DNA of 64,000 nucleotides from Candidatus Paceibacter sp. (GTDB lineage Bacteria > Patescibacteriota > Patescibacteriia > S139-126), in assembly GCA_020724865.1 (NCBI GenBank), contig DYGA01000005.1, positions 4,094-68,093 of the forward strand. Direction: 5' to 3'. Position numbers and translations under genes: made by a program. Shown one piece after another: positions 49,651 through 59,089 of the stretch (its first letter is position 1; the number at the start of each line of letters is the position of its first letter). The notes beneath the pieces are model-generated. The model was not told where the DNA came from. It was given only the letters and a program-made list of their open reading frames with translations, and did not search any database.

Positions 49651-49989
49651 ATGAACAATTTAACGCAAAAAAAATGTGTTCCCTGCGAAGGCGGAACTGA
49701 TCCCCTGACAGGCGATGAATTGAAAAAATATTTTGCTATGCTGAATAATTGGCAAGCAGCGAATGATCAAAAAAGTATTTATCAGGAGTTTAAATTTGCT
49801 GATTTTGCGGCTGCCTTGGCTTTTGTCAATCAAGTTGGGGCTTTAGCTGAGGCTGAAGGTCATCATCCAGATTTAGAAATTTTTGGCTATAATAAGGTAA
49901 AAATTAAACTATCCACCCATGCCATTGGGGGATTATCTGAAAATGATTTTATTATGGCTGCCAAAATTAACGAACTTATAAATAAATAA
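49651..49989 (+). CDS. Pterin-4-alpha-carbinolamine dehydratase (PCD/DCoH)
   Basis: EGHHPD ... THAIGGLSENDF signature. Confidence 0.8.
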   Translation: MNNLTQKKCVPCEGGTDPLTGDELKKYFAMLNNWQAANDQKSIYQEFKFADFAAALAFVNQVGALAEAEGHHPDLEIFGYNKVKIKLSTHAIGGLSENDFIMAAKINELINK

Positions 49990-50089
49990 AAGTTAATCTG
50001 TGCATATCTCTTGATTGATATTTTATGGACAGTTATTTGTTAATATGCTAATATATAAAGGAAATTTAATAATTAATTAAGATTTAAGT

Positions 50090-50371
50090 ATGGCAAAAAT
50101 GACGAAGTCACAAATGCTCCAAGTTCTCGCCGAGAAGTCGGGGCTGCCTAAAAAGCAGGTAACTGCTTTGTTAGATGCCATGGTCGAATTGGCATATAAA
50201 GAAGTAAAGACCAGTGGCCAGTTTGTCGTGCCGGGCATTGGTAAGTTGGTAAAGGTCCATCGCGCTGCTCGAATGGGCAGAAACCCAGCTACCGGCGAAC
50301 AGATTCAAATTCCGGCCAAAACTGTGGTTAAATTCAGAGTTGCCAAAGCTGCTAAAGAAGCAGTCCTATAA
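50090..50371 (+). CDS. hup: DNA-binding protein HU
   Basis: A 93-aa HU/IHF fold (MTKSQMLQVLAEKSGL...GKLVKVHRAARMGRNPATGEQIQIPAK). Confidence 0.92.
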   Translation: MAKMTKSQMLQVLAEKSGLPKKQVTALLDAMVELAYKEVKTSGQFVVPGIGKLVKVHRAARMGRNPATGEQIQIPAKTVVKFRVAKAAKEAVL

Positions 50372-50390
50372 ATAAAAGAAATTTCTATAT

Positions 50391-50420
50391 TCAAAAAAGT
50401 CCTGATTGGACTTTTTTGAA
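50391..50420 (+). terminator. Rho-independent terminator after hup
   Basis: tcaaaaaagtcc-tgatt-ggacttttttga perfect palindrome. Confidence 0.8.
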
Positions 50421-50435
50421 TATAGGTTAAATTTA

Positions 50436-51593
50436 ATGCCGCCACGTAAAAAAACATTCTCTTTCATATATTTTTTGGGATTTTTATGGTCCCTGGCTTT
50501 TTCTTTGCCACTTTATGTGCAATCAAGTTTTATTAGTTCAATTGTAGGTTTAGAAAATGTAGGACTCGTAGTTTTTATTAGTAATTTGGTTTCTTTTTTA
50601 ACTTTGGTAGGTTATGGCAGGCTGATTAGACGTTTTAGTAATTGGCGGGTAGCTATTGGTATGGTCATCCTAAATTTGTTGACGGTTTTATTTTTAGTTT
50701 TGTCAACCGGATTATGGTCAATATTTTTGTATATTATGGTATTTATTACCATGAATCTTTTTGGAGTAAACTTGGATTTATTTTTAGAATCAATTTCTGA
50801 TGACAGTGATACCGGTAGAATTCGCACTAATATGTTGGCAGTTCAAAATGTGGCTATTTTTTTAGCTCCTATGTTGATGGGTTATATTGTAGGGGATAAC
50901 AATTATTTGCGGATTTATTTAATCGGCGGAGTGATATTTTTTCCTGTTTTATTTTTATTGTTTTACCAAAAAAAATTGGTTGTTGATCGAATTGAATATA
51001 ATGAACGTTCGTTTAGAGTCCTACGTCAGTTATTCAAAGTCAATAAAAATATTCCCCGAATATTTGTTATTCAATTTGCCTTGCGATTCTTTTTTGCTGC
51101 CATGGTCTTATATACGCCAATTTATTTACACGATAATTTAGGTTTTAGTTGGTCGCAAATTGGCCCGATGTTTACCATTATGTTATTGCCATTTTTACTT
51201 TTACAAATTCCTGCTGGCAGAATAGCTGATAAAGTGTTAGGAGAAAAAGAGATGACCATTACTGGTTTGATTTTTATGATTACTTTTACGACGGTAATTA
51301 TATTTTTTTCCAGTGAATCGTGGTTATTGTGGGCATTTGTGTTGTTTTTGACCAGAGTCGGCGCATCTTTGGTGGAGGCAATGAACGAATCTTTCTTTTT
51401 TAAACAGATTAGCAGTCAAGATGTTGATATAATCAATATGTTTCGTGATTTACAACCCATAGGTTGGTTGTCAGCGGCGGCTGTGACTTTTGTTTTGTTG
51501 CATTATTTTTCCATTATTTCAATTTTTGTAGCCGTTGTTATAATATTAATTTTGGCTTTGTGGCCAGCGATAAAATTAGTTGATACAAAATAA
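50436..51593 (+). CDS. MFS-type transporter
   Basis: 12 TM. The start is at an internal Met downstream of the hup terminator. Confidence 0.6.
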   Translation: MPPRKKTFSFIYFLGFLWSLAFSLPLYVQSSFISSIVGLENVGLVVFISNLVSFLTLVGYGRLIRRFSNWRVAIGMVILNLLTVLFLVLSTGLWSIFLYIMVFITMNLFGVNLDLFLESISDDSDTGRIRTNMLAVQNVAIFLAPMLMGYIVGDNNYLRIYLIGGVIFFPVLFLLFYQKKLVVDRIEYNERSFRVLRQLFKVNKNIPRIFVIQFALRFFFAAMVLYTPIYLHDNLGFSWSQIGPMFTIMLLPFLLLQIPAGRIADKVLGEKEMTITGLIFMITFTTVIIFFSSESWLLWAFVLFLTRVGASLVEAMNESFFFKQISSQDVDIINMFRDLQPIGWLSAAAVTFVLLHYFSIISIFVAVVIILILALWPAIKLVDTK

Positions 51594-51844
51594 TGACTGA
51601 CAATATTGAAGAAAAAGAAATAATAAAAAACGTTAAACGTTTGGTAACTGCGATGGAGGTTGTTTACAATAAACCCGGGATTATTTTTTGGCGCGGATTT
51701 ATCAGAGGTGTCGGGTATGGTCTGGGCGCTACCGTAGGAGTGGCGATTGTACTTTTGTTTTTATCTTGGTTAGCCAGTCAATTGGGCGGTATCCCGGCTT
51801 TGACTGAATGGTTAAATAAATTCAGCAAAAATTTACCTTTGTAA
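51593..51844 (+). CDS. Small membrane protein (83 aa)
   Basis: Single C-terminal TM (GLGATVGVAIVLLFLSWL). Confidence 0.4.
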   Translation: MTDNIEEKEIIKNVKRLVTAMEVVYNKPGIIFWRGFIRGVGYGLGATVGVAIVLLFLSWLASQLGGIPALTEWLNKFSKNLPL

Positions 51845-51971
51845 CCACTATTATCAAAAATTGCTAAATTTAATATATTTGTTATAATCCTAGTATTACA
51901 CTAGGAGTTTTTGATTAATTATTAATAACCAATTATCAATTATTAATAAATTTTATAATTATTTAATTTTT

Positions 51972-51994
51972 AATTTGAAAATTAATTAGTAATT
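51972..51994. repeat. AT-rich dispersed motif (reverse complement ATTAATAACTAATTACTAATTAA) about 20 bp upstream of the Rrf2 gene
   Basis: It shares an ATTAATAACTAAT..TACTAAT core with 25481-25520 and 53176-53215. Confidence 0.4.
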
Positions 51995-52010
51995 AGTTAT
52001 TAATATTATT

Positions 52011-52421
52011 ATGTCTTTCTTAAAAGCATCAACCAAAGAGCAGTATTTACTTAGATTAGCTTTACGTTTGGCTAAAACTTATTATACCCGTCAACCGTTG
52101 TCTTTACAGCAAGTTGCTAAACAAGAAAAAATCTCAGAAAAATATTTGGAAGAATTGGTCGTTTTTTTAAAACAACAGGGCTTGGTTCGGGCTAAATTGG
52201 GGCGTAACGGTGGGTATATTTTTAAAAAAAATCCTCGTTTAGTTTCCGTTTGGGATGTTTTATTTGCTGAAAAAAAATATCCTAAATTGGCTACTTGTTT
52301 GGAACATAATAGTTTTTGTCCGTTGGTTATCGGTTGTCAAGCTAAAATTGTCTGGCAAAAAGTCCAAACTGAGGTGGAAAAAACATTAAACAAAGTTACT
52401 TTGAATTCATTAATTAGTTAA
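52011..52421 (+). CDS. Rrf2-family transcriptional regulator (IscR-like, 3 Cys)
   Basis: Rrf2 wHTH plus C-x6-C-x5-C cluster ligands. It is the first gene of the suf operon. Confidence 0.75.
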   Translation: MSFLKASTKEQYLLRLALRLAKTYYTRQPLSLQQVAKQEKISEKYLEELVVFLKQQGLVRAKLGRNGGYIFKKNPRLVSVWDVLFAEKKYPKLATCLEHNSFCPLVIGCQAKIVWQKVQTEVEKTLNKVTLNSLIS

Positions 52422-52425
52422 TTGT

Positions 52426-53169
52426 ATGGCATCACTTCTTATTATAAAAAACTTAAAAGTTAATATTGAAAACAAGCCAATCCTAAAAGGGGTAAATTTG
52501 CAAGTGCCAGTTGGTAAGGTAGTGGCTTTGATGGGAAAAAATGGCAGCGGTAAATCGACTCTGTCGCATGTATTGATGGGTAGCCCTGAATATAAGGTTG
52601 TTGGTGGCAGTGTTAGTTTAGGAGGTAAAAATATTTTACATTTATCAGCTGACGAGCGGGCTAGATTAGGAATATTTTTGGCTTTTCAATATCCCTATGA
52701 AATACCTGGACTGTCGGTATATCATTTTTTGCAAACTGCTGTTCAAGCTGTGCGTGGTAAAAAATTTAATATTGAAAAGTTTAAACAAGAATTAAAAGTA
52801 GCCATGAGCGATTTAAAATTATCGGAAAATTTTTTACAGCGAGGTTTAAATGAAGGTTTTTCGGGCGGTGAAAAAAAACGCATGGAGATTTTACAACTTA
52901 AATTATTACGACCCCGTTTGGCTATTTTGGATGAAACTGATTCGGGTTTGGATATTGATGCTCTTAAATTGGTAGCTGTTAATGTTAAGAAAATGGTTAA
53001 GCAGAAAATGTCGGTTTTGGTCATAACTCATTATCAAAGATTGCTTAATTTTTTACCTCCCGATCAAGTCCATATTATGCATGAAGGCAGGATTGTTCAA
53101 AGCGGACAGGGTAGTTTAGTAAAAAAATTGGAGCAGCAAGGCTATGATTGGCTGGAGAGAAAGAATTAA
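52426..53169 (+). CDS. sufC: Fe-S cluster assembly ATPase SufC
   Basis: ABC ATPase Walker A GKNGSGKST, signature LSGGEKKR and Walker B ILDETDSGLD. Confidence 0.92.
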   Translation: MASLLIIKNLKVNIENKPILKGVNLQVPVGKVVALMGKNGSGKSTLSHVLMGSPEYKVVGGSVSLGGKNILHLSADERARLGIFLAFQYPYEIPGLSVYHFLQTAVQAVRGKKFNIEKFKQELKVAMSDLKLSENFLQRGLNEGFSGGEKKRMEILQLKLLRPRLAILDETDSGLDIDALKLVAVNVKKMVKQKMSVLVITHYQRLLNFLPPDQVHIMHEGRIVQSGQGSLVKKLEQQGYDWLERKN

Positions 53170-53175
53170 GAATAA

Positions 53176-53245
53176 TTATTAATTACTAATTATTAATAAC
53201 TAATGAATTTTATAATTAATTAATAAATTAAATCATTGATTCCTG
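53176..53245. repeat. Copy of the AT-rich dispersed motif plus an 8-bp GC stem hairpin (tcctgcct/aggcagga) in the sufC-sufB spacer
   Basis: attattaattactaattattaataactaatgaatt...aatcattgatt followed by tcctgcctaccggcaggcagga. Confidence 0.4.
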
Positions 53246-53300
53246 CCTACCGGCAGGCAGGAGTAATTAGTTATTTATAATTTTAATATTTATAAATATA

Positions 53301-54701
53301 ATGTCTCCAGTCAAAAATATATCAATTAATCCGGCTAAATATTATTTTCGCGATAACCATCGTCCGATTTTACGTGCTCCAAAAGGATTAAATGCTGATG
53401 TGGTTAAACTGATTTCTGCCCAAAAAAAGGAACCAGCTTGGTTGTTGGAAATGCGTTTAAGAGCATTGAAAATTTTTTTAGAAAAACCCTTGCCGACTTG
53501 GGGGGCTAATTTAAGCAAGATTGATTTTTCGGATATTTATTATTATATTAGACCAGCTCAAGAACGAGGGCTAACCTGGCAAGATGTACCAGAAAAAATA
53601 AAAAAAACCTTTGACCGACTGGGCATACCTCAAGCTGAAAGAAAATTTTTAGCTGGTGTTGGTGCTCAGTATGAGTCCGAAATGATATACCATAGTTTAA
53701 AAGATAAATGGTCTAAATTGGGCGTAATTTTTGCAGATATGTCAGAAGCGCCAGTTAAATATCCTGATTTAGTTAAAAAATATTTTGGTAAAATTGTTCC
53801 CAGTAAAGATAATAAATTTGCGGCTCTCAACAGCGCGGTTTGGTCGGGCGGTTCATTTATTTATGTGCCTCGAGGGGTGAAAGTTGAAATACCTTTACAG
53901 GCTTATTTTCGTATAAATGCCGCTGGTATGGGTCAATTTGAACGAACGCTGATAATTGCTGATGAAGGCTCTTCTGTCCATTATATTGAAGGTTGCACCG
54001 CGCCTATGTATTCTAGGGACTCTTTGCATGCGGCAGTAGTTGAGTTAGTTGCGTTAAAAGGCGCTCATATCAGATATACTACTATTCAAAATTGGTCACA
54101 TAATGTTTATAACTTGGTGACCAAACGAGCCTGGGCTGAAGAGGAGGCAGTGGTTGAATGGATAGATGGCAATTTGGGTAGTAAGGTAACTATGAAATAT
54201 CCTTGTGTAATACTAAAAGGCAGAAAATCCCGAGCAGAGATTATTTCTGTTGCTTTTGCTAATTCCAATCAACACCAAGATGCTGGCAGTAAGGTTATTC
54301 ACTTAGCGCCAGAGACTAGCTCCAATGTAATTGCTAAATCTATTGCCAAAGGTAATGGTCGCACTACCTATCGTGGTTTAGTCCAGGTTGATAAACGGGC
54401 AAACAAAGCCAAAGTTAAAGTTAAATGTGATGCTTTATTGATTGATCGGCAGTCACGCAGTGATACTTATCCTACAATGCGTATAGATAATGATAATGTT
54501 ACCATTGAACACGAAGCTACGGTAGCTAAAATTGGCGAACAACAGCTTTATTATTTAAATTCCCGGGGATTGGATACAGAAACAGCTGAACGTTTGATTG
54601 TTTCCGGGTTTTTTGAAGTATTTGCCAGAGAGTTGCCGATGGAATATGCTTTAGAGTTAAATCGACTAATTGCTCTGGAAATGGAAGGGAGTGTTGGTTA
54701 A
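53301..54701 (+). CDS. sufB: Fe-S cluster assembly protein SufB
   Basis: A 466-aa SufB/SufD-fold protein with the C-terminal IGEQQLYYLNSRGL motif. Confidence 0.92.
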   Translation: MSPVKNISINPAKYYFRDNHRPILRAPKGLNADVVKLISAQKKEPAWLLEMRLRALKIFLEKPLPTWGANLSKIDFSDIYYYIRPAQERGLTWQDVPEKIKKTFDRLGIPQAERKFLAGVGAQYESEMIYHSLKDKWSKLGVIFADMSEAPVKYPDLVKKYFGKIVPSKDNKFAALNSAVWSGGSFIYVPRGVKVEIPLQAYFRINAAGMGQFERTLIIADEGSSVHYIEGCTAPMYSRDSLHAAVVELVALKGAHIRYTTIQNWSHNVYNLVTKRAWAEEEAVVEWIDGNLGSKVTMKYPCVILKGRKSRAEIISVAFANSNQHQDAGSKVIHLAPETSSNVIAKSIAKGNGRTTYRGLVQVDKRANKAKVKVKCDALLIDRQSRSDTYPTMRIDNDNVTIEHEATVAKIGEQQLYYLNSRGLDTETAERLIVSGFFEVFARELPMEYALELNRLIALEMEGSVG

Positions 54702-54702
54702 T

Positions 54703-55773
54703 ATGTCAAAAAAAATATCAGCCAAAATTAAATTAGCAAAAATTAATTGGCCCAACATTTTGAAAAGTTGGGATTTAACCAAAAAATTAAAAACTGATTT
54801 TTCTCTACCCTTACAAGATAAAAATAAAATAAAGATCAAAACCACAGGTAATATTAGTTGGCAGATTTTTCGTTTTGATCAAGCTCCACTGAAATTACAA
54901 AAAAAATATTTAACCAGTCAGCAGGATTTTACTTGGTCCAGTCAAGCCATATTTTCAATGATTAAAAACCATTGGTTGGTAGATATTAAAATTTTTGGTG
55001 ATGGTGAATTATTTTGGCAAATGGATTCTGCTGATTTGGGAGGCATATACTTTTTTGTCCAAGGCCAGGGCGAAATTACTATAAACGAAAAACAAAACAG
55101 GTCAGTATGTCAATTGGTGATGATAGATGTGGGCAATTTAGTGACATTGCACTACAGTTTAAATAAGCAACAAATTAAAGGATTTACATTTTTGTCTTAT
55201 CAAGCTCGTTTAGGTAAGCAAAGTAATTGTTTTTGGGAAATTGGTTTAAAAAATAAAGCTTGGTTGGTTGGATCTTTTGTTACCAAACTTTTAGGCACAG
55301 GCAGTCAGAATAATTATTTGTTTGGTGGCAGAATTAGCGGGCAAAGTAAAACTTATTTAAATTTTTTAAATCAGCATTTAGTTCCTAATACTACCGGTGA
55401 TATGTTGATAAAAGCCATAGCCGAAGATAAATCGCAAACCATAATCGCAGGCTTGATTGATATTGGTTTAAAATCAACCAATGCCAATTCCTATTTACAG
55501 GAAGATATTCTGTTATTATCGGCTCAAGCTAGAGCCTCGGCTTTACCCAATTTAGAAATTTTAAATCGTGATGTCAAAGCTTCGCACGGCGCCACAGTGG
55601 GTAGAATTGATGAAGAAATGCTTTATTATTTAATGAGTCGTGGTTTATCCAAAATGGTTGCTACGGAACTGATTGTATCTGGATTTTTTCATTCACTTGG
55701 TAGTAAAATTACTGATAGACAAAGGCAGCGCAAGCTTTTTAATTTATTATTAGCTAAAGATATAAGTAAGTGA
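54703..55773 (+). CDS. sufD: Fe-S cluster assembly protein SufD
   Basis: SufB/D beta-helix and C-terminal GRIDEEMLYYLMSRGL. The start is at the ATG immediately after the sufB stop. Confidence 0.85.
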   Translation: MSKKISAKIKLAKINWPNILKSWDLTKKLKTDFSLPLQDKNKIKIKTTGNISWQIFRFDQAPLKLQKKYLTSQQDFTWSSQAIFSMIKNHWLVDIKIFGDGELFWQMDSADLGGIYFFVQGQGEITINEKQNRSVCQLVMIDVGNLVTLHYSLNKQQIKGFTFLSYQARLGKQSNCFWEIGLKNKAWLVGSFVTKLLGTGSQNNYLFGGRISGQSKTYLNFLNQHLVPNTTGDMLIKAIAEDKSQTIIAGLIDIGLKSTNANSYLQEDILLLSAQARASALPNLEILNRDVKASHGATVGRIDEEMLYYLMSRGLSKMVATELIVSGFFHSLGSKITDRQRQRKLFNLLLAKDISK

Positions 55774-57017
55774 CGCAAATAAAAGACAACAATATAAAAA
55801 ATGATTTTCCGATTTTTAAACAGGCCAAAGTAAAAAAACGTCCTTTGGTATATTTAGATAGCGCCGCCACCAGTCAAAAGCCACATAGTGTAATAAATGC
55901 CGTGTCTGATTGGTATGAACGTTTTAATGCCAATATTCATCGGGGCGTGTATGAACTGTCAGAAACTGCTACCAAGAAGTATGAATTATCAAGACAGGTG
56001 ATAGCCAATTTTATAAATTCGCCAAGTTCCAGACAAGTCGTCTTTACCAGAGGCACAACTGAAGGTATAAATTTAGTGGCGGAAGCTTGGGCAAGAAAAA
56101 ATTTGCGTGCGGGTGACGCTATATTACTTACCACTATGGAGCATCATGCCAATCTGGTACCATGGCAAGAGTTAGCTCAGAGGAAAAGATTGAAATTAAA
56201 ATTTTTGGAATTTGACAATCAAGGTGAGTTGATTTTGGCTAATTTAGCCAAGCAGTTAATGGGGGTAAAGTTGGTAAGTTTGGTTTATGTATCCAATGTT
56301 TTAGGGACCATAAATCCCGTCAAAAAGATTATCAATATTTGTCATCAAAAAAAAATTCCGGTTTTAATTGATGCCGCTCAAGCAGCACCGCATTTGCCGA
56401 TTGATGTAAAGAAACTTGATTGCGATTGGTTGGTATTTTCTGGACATAAAATGCTGGGTCCGACTGGGATCGGAGTATTGTATGGCAAAAGAGAAAGATT
56501 TGAAGAAATGGATGTTTATCAAACCGGTGGTGATATGATAAGAAATGTGACTTTAACTAAAAGTACCTATGCTACTTATCCACAAAAATTTGAAGCAGGA
56601 ACGCAAGCTTTAGCAGAAGTTGTAGGTTTGGCTGAAGCAGTTATTTATTTACAAGCAATCGGTATGGAACGAGTATCTAGCCATGATCAAAAATTAGTTA
56701 CTTATGCTTATCAGCAGATGAAGAAGATTAAAGCTGTGGAAATTTACGGACCGCAGACGATTAAACGGTCAGGTAGCATTGCTTTCAATGTGCAAGGAAT
56801 TCACGCTCATGATTTAGCCACTTTTTTAGCTGATCGGGGTATTTGTATTAGAGCCGGACATCATTGTGCTCAGCCACTACATGAAAAACTGGGAATACCT
56901 GCTTCGGCTCGAGTGAGTTTTTATATTTACAATGACAAACGTGATGTTGATTTATTTATTTCGGCTTTACAGGCAATTATTAAAGAGTGGGAAAGTATAA
57001 AAGCACGTAACACATAG
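55770..57017 (+). CDS. sufS: Cysteine desulfurase SufS
   Basis: PLP motif SGHKMLGPTGIG and active-site C in HHCAQP. It ends with TAG inside repeat R1. Confidence 0.92.
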   Translation: MTQIKDNNIKNDFPIFKQAKVKKRPLVYLDSAATSQKPHSVINAVSDWYERFNANIHRGVYELSETATKKYELSRQVIANFINSPSSRQVVFTRGTTEGINLVAEAWARKNLRAGDAILLTTMEHHANLVPWQELAQRKRLKLKFLEFDNQGELILANLAKQLMGVKLVSLVYVSNVLGTINPVKKIINICHQKKIPVLIDAAQAAPHLPIDVKKLDCDWLVFSGHKMLGPTGIGVLYGKRERFEEMDVYQTGGDMIRNVTLTKSTYATYPQKFEAGTQALAEVVGLAEAVIYLQAIGMERVSSHDQKLVTYAYQQMKKIKAVEIYGPQTIKRSGSIAFNVQGIHAHDLATFLADRGICIRAGHHCAQPLHEKLGIPASARVSFYIYNDKRDVDLFISALQAIIKEWESIKARNT

Positions 57018-57049
57018 CACACAGCACGTAACACATAACATGTAACATG
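57004..57049 (+). repeat. Heptamer-unit repeat R1: two tandem copies of the 16-bp element CAYGTAACACATAACA (one mismatch, then exact) plus an extra unit
   Basis: cacgtaacacatagca cacag cacgtaacacataaca tgtaacatg. It contains the sufS TAG stop (57015-57017). Confidence 0.7.
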
Positions 57050-57091
57050 ATGATATAGTTGTGTGTTAGATGCTACAGGTATCATAAATTT

Positions 57092-57454
57092 ATGGATCTA
57101 TATCAGCAAAAAATAATGGATCATTATTTACACCCCAGGCATCAGGGTAAAATTGGCAAACCTACTAAAAAGTTTACTGGTGAAAATATATCTTGCGGTG
57201 ATAAAGTTGATTTTGAGGTTGTCTTGGACAGTCGTGGTAAAATTAAACAGGTAGGTTGGCAGGGTAGTGGTTGTACAATTTCTCAGGCGGCAGCGTCAAT
57301 TTTGGCAGATGAAATGATTGGTAAAACCATTAAACAGGTGCAAAGTATAAGTTCGGATAAGTTTTTACAAGATTTAGAAGTTGAATTATCACCGGCGCGG
57401 CAAAAGTGTGCTCTATTACCTTTATATACGGTTAAGGAAGAAGAGTTAGGATAG
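57092..57454 (+). CDS. sufU: SufU/IscU-like Fe-S scaffold
   Basis: CGD ... GSGCTISQAAAS ... C motifs. The start is at the internal Met MDLYQQ. Confidence 0.8.
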   Translation: MDLYQQKIMDHYLHPRHQGKIGKPTKKFTGENISCGDKVDFEVVLDSRGKIKQVGWQGSGCTISQAAASILADEMIGKTIKQVQSISSDKFLQDLEVELSPARQKCALLPLYTVKEEELG

Positions 57455-57530
57455 AATTATAAATTTTAAATTTTAAATTATAAAAAAATAGTCATTAGTT
57501 TAAAATTTAAAATTTATAATTTAAAATTAA
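57455..57530. repeat. AT-only long inverted repeat element (aattataaattttaaattttaaattataaa ... tttaaaatttaaaatttataatttaaaatt)
   Basis: The arms are reverse-complementary. It is related to the element at 30321-30390. Confidence 0.5.
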
Positions 57531-57620
57531 TTAATCTATGTACAAAAAGAAAAAACAAGCTAGAAAAAAACAACTAAAAAAACGTGGTAAAAAAATCGGA
57601 TTACTCCATTATCGATAAGA

Positions 57621-57653
57621 AAAACTCCCGTATTATAACGGGAGTTTTATTTT
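57621..57653. terminator. Bidirectional terminator
   Basis: ctcccg-tattataa-cgggag stem with flanking A- and T-runs. Confidence 0.75.
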
Positions 57654-57658
57654 ATTAT

Positions 57659-57880
57659 TTAAACTTTCTGCTCCGATTGATTTTTTTTCGATTCTTTTTC
57701 TGCAATATAAATGGTGATCGCACCACAGACAATTGAAGCGATTATAGCGCTTATAGTTACAGTAGAGATTTGCTCTTCATTGTTGGGATTGAAAATAACT
57801 AAACAGATGGGGAAAATAATGAAAATATATAAGCCGCTATAAATTAAAAATTGGATAAAAAAGATAACAATTTTTTTCAT
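57659..57880 (-). CDS. Small 2-TM membrane protein (73 aa)
   Basis: Hydrophobic ORF followed by a terminator. Confidence 0.4.
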   Translation of the reverse strand: MKKIVIFFIQFLIYSGLYIFIIFPICLVIFNPNNEEQISTVTISAIIASIVCGAITIYIAEKESKKNQSEQKV

Positions 57881-58024
57881 TTAACGCTCCTTTTTATTGT
57901 TAATGTTTTTGATTAATTATTTTAACATATTGGCAATTGAAGTTATCCACATATTCTAAAAATAGGCAATTTTGGCTTATTTTTTTGTACATTGACTTTC
58001 GGTTTTTTTTCGGTATATACTATA

Positions 58025-58054
58025 CATGTAACATATAACACATAACATATAACA
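58025..58054 (+). repeat. Heptamer-unit repeat R2 (tgtaaca tataaca cataaca tataaca) upstream of lexA
   Basis: 16-mer catgtaacatataaca, with one mismatch to the consensus. It contains the palindrome TACATGTA. Confidence 0.7.
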
Positions 58055-58083
58055 GAAATATTATAAAAAATTGTTAAAATTAT

Positions 58084-58719
58084 ATGCCGTTAAATTTCCT
58101 TACCAAACGTCAAAAACAAATACTTGATTTTATTATTGGTTTTATTGCAGACAATGGTTATGCTCCTACTTTTCAAGAGATTGGTGAATATTTTGATTTG
58201 TCGTCACCGGCTACTGTACATCAGCATATTAAAGCTTTGGAAGAAAAGGGTTATTTAAAATCAGAATACAATGCCAAGCGATCATTAGAAGTTTTATCAG
58301 TCAAAGATGATTCTATGAGTTTAGCTTATCAAATTCCTCTGGTAGGGCTTATTACTGCCGGTGAGCCAATTGAAGCTATCGAAGAGCACGAGACTATTGC
58401 CGTTCCTTCCAATTTAGTACTGCATCAGGAAAATACTTTTGTTTTGCAAGTTAAAGGCGATTCAATGGTTGGAGATGGTATATTGTCCGGTGATTATGTA
58501 GTAGTAGAGAGAAGTAATTATCCAAAAAATGGTGACATAATTGTGGCTTTACTTGATAATACTTATGCAACTTTGAAAAGATTTTATCGTGAGCAAACGA
58601 GAATACGTTTACAGCCGGCCAATGGTAAATATAAGCCAATTTATGTCAAAGATTTGATAGTGCAAGGTATAGTGAGAGGGGTGATTAGGAATTATAGTTA
58701 TATAACACGTAACACATAA
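58084..58719 (+). CDS. lexA: LexA-family repressor (S24 peptidase)
   Basis: N-terminal wHTH (LTKRQKQILDFI...), cleavage-site region, and Ser/Lys dyad motifs GDSM and TLKRF. The stop TAA lies inside repeat R3. Confidence 0.85.
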   Translation: MPLNFLTKRQKQILDFIIGFIADNGYAPTFQEIGEYFDLSSPATVHQHIKALEEKGYLKSEYNAKRSLEVLSVKDDSMSLAYQIPLVGLITAGEPIEAIEEHETIAVPSNLVLHQENTFVLQVKGDSMVGDGILSGDYVVVERSNYPKNGDIIVALLDNTYATLKRFYREQTRIRLQPANGKYKPIYVKDLIVQGIVRGVIRNYSYITRNT

Positions 58720-58728
58720 CACGTAACA
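58701..58728 (+). repeat. Heptamer-unit repeat R3 (exact 16-mer CACGTAACACATAACA at 58706-58721, plus a cgtaaca unit)
   Basis: It encodes the lexA C-terminus ...RNT and its TAA stop. It abuts the start of the four-helix-bundle gene. Confidence 0.75.
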
Positions 58729-58729
58729 T

Positions 58730-59086
58730 ATGGAGGAGAGATTTCACGATCATTTAAAGAAAATAATGGACGAGTTTGTTCATTTAATTTATAAGGAGAC
58801 TAGAAATTTTCCTAAAGAATAGTTATACGGAGTAACTTCACAAATAAGAAGAGCAGCTTTATCGATAATATTAAATTATATAGAGGGTTTTGCTAGAATA
58901 AAAAACGGCATTAAAATAAATTTTTTAGAAATTTCTTATGGTTCATTAAAAGAGGTAAAGTACCTTTTAAATTTTTCTTTACAGGAAAAATATATATCAG
59001 AATTAAATTATAAAAAATTATTAGGTTATGCAGAGGAAATTGGAGCAATGCTTTGGACAAGTATCAGAGGCTTAAAGGAAAATTAA
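58730..59086 (+). pseudogene. Four-helix-bundle protein of the Avd / 23S-rRNA-intervening-sequence family, interrupted by an in-frame TAG at 58820-58822
   Basis: Manual translation: MEERFHDHLKKIMDEFVHLIYKETRNFPKE*LYGVTSQIRRAALSIILNYIEGFARIKNGIKINFLEISYGSLKEVKYLLNFSLQEKYISELNYKKLLGYAEEIGAMLWTSIRGLKEN. The family hallmark FPKEE.YGLTSQLRRAA.SI spans the stop. TAG is a genuine stop elsewhere (sufS, DUF192). Confidence 0.65.
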
Positions 59087-59089
59087 TTT

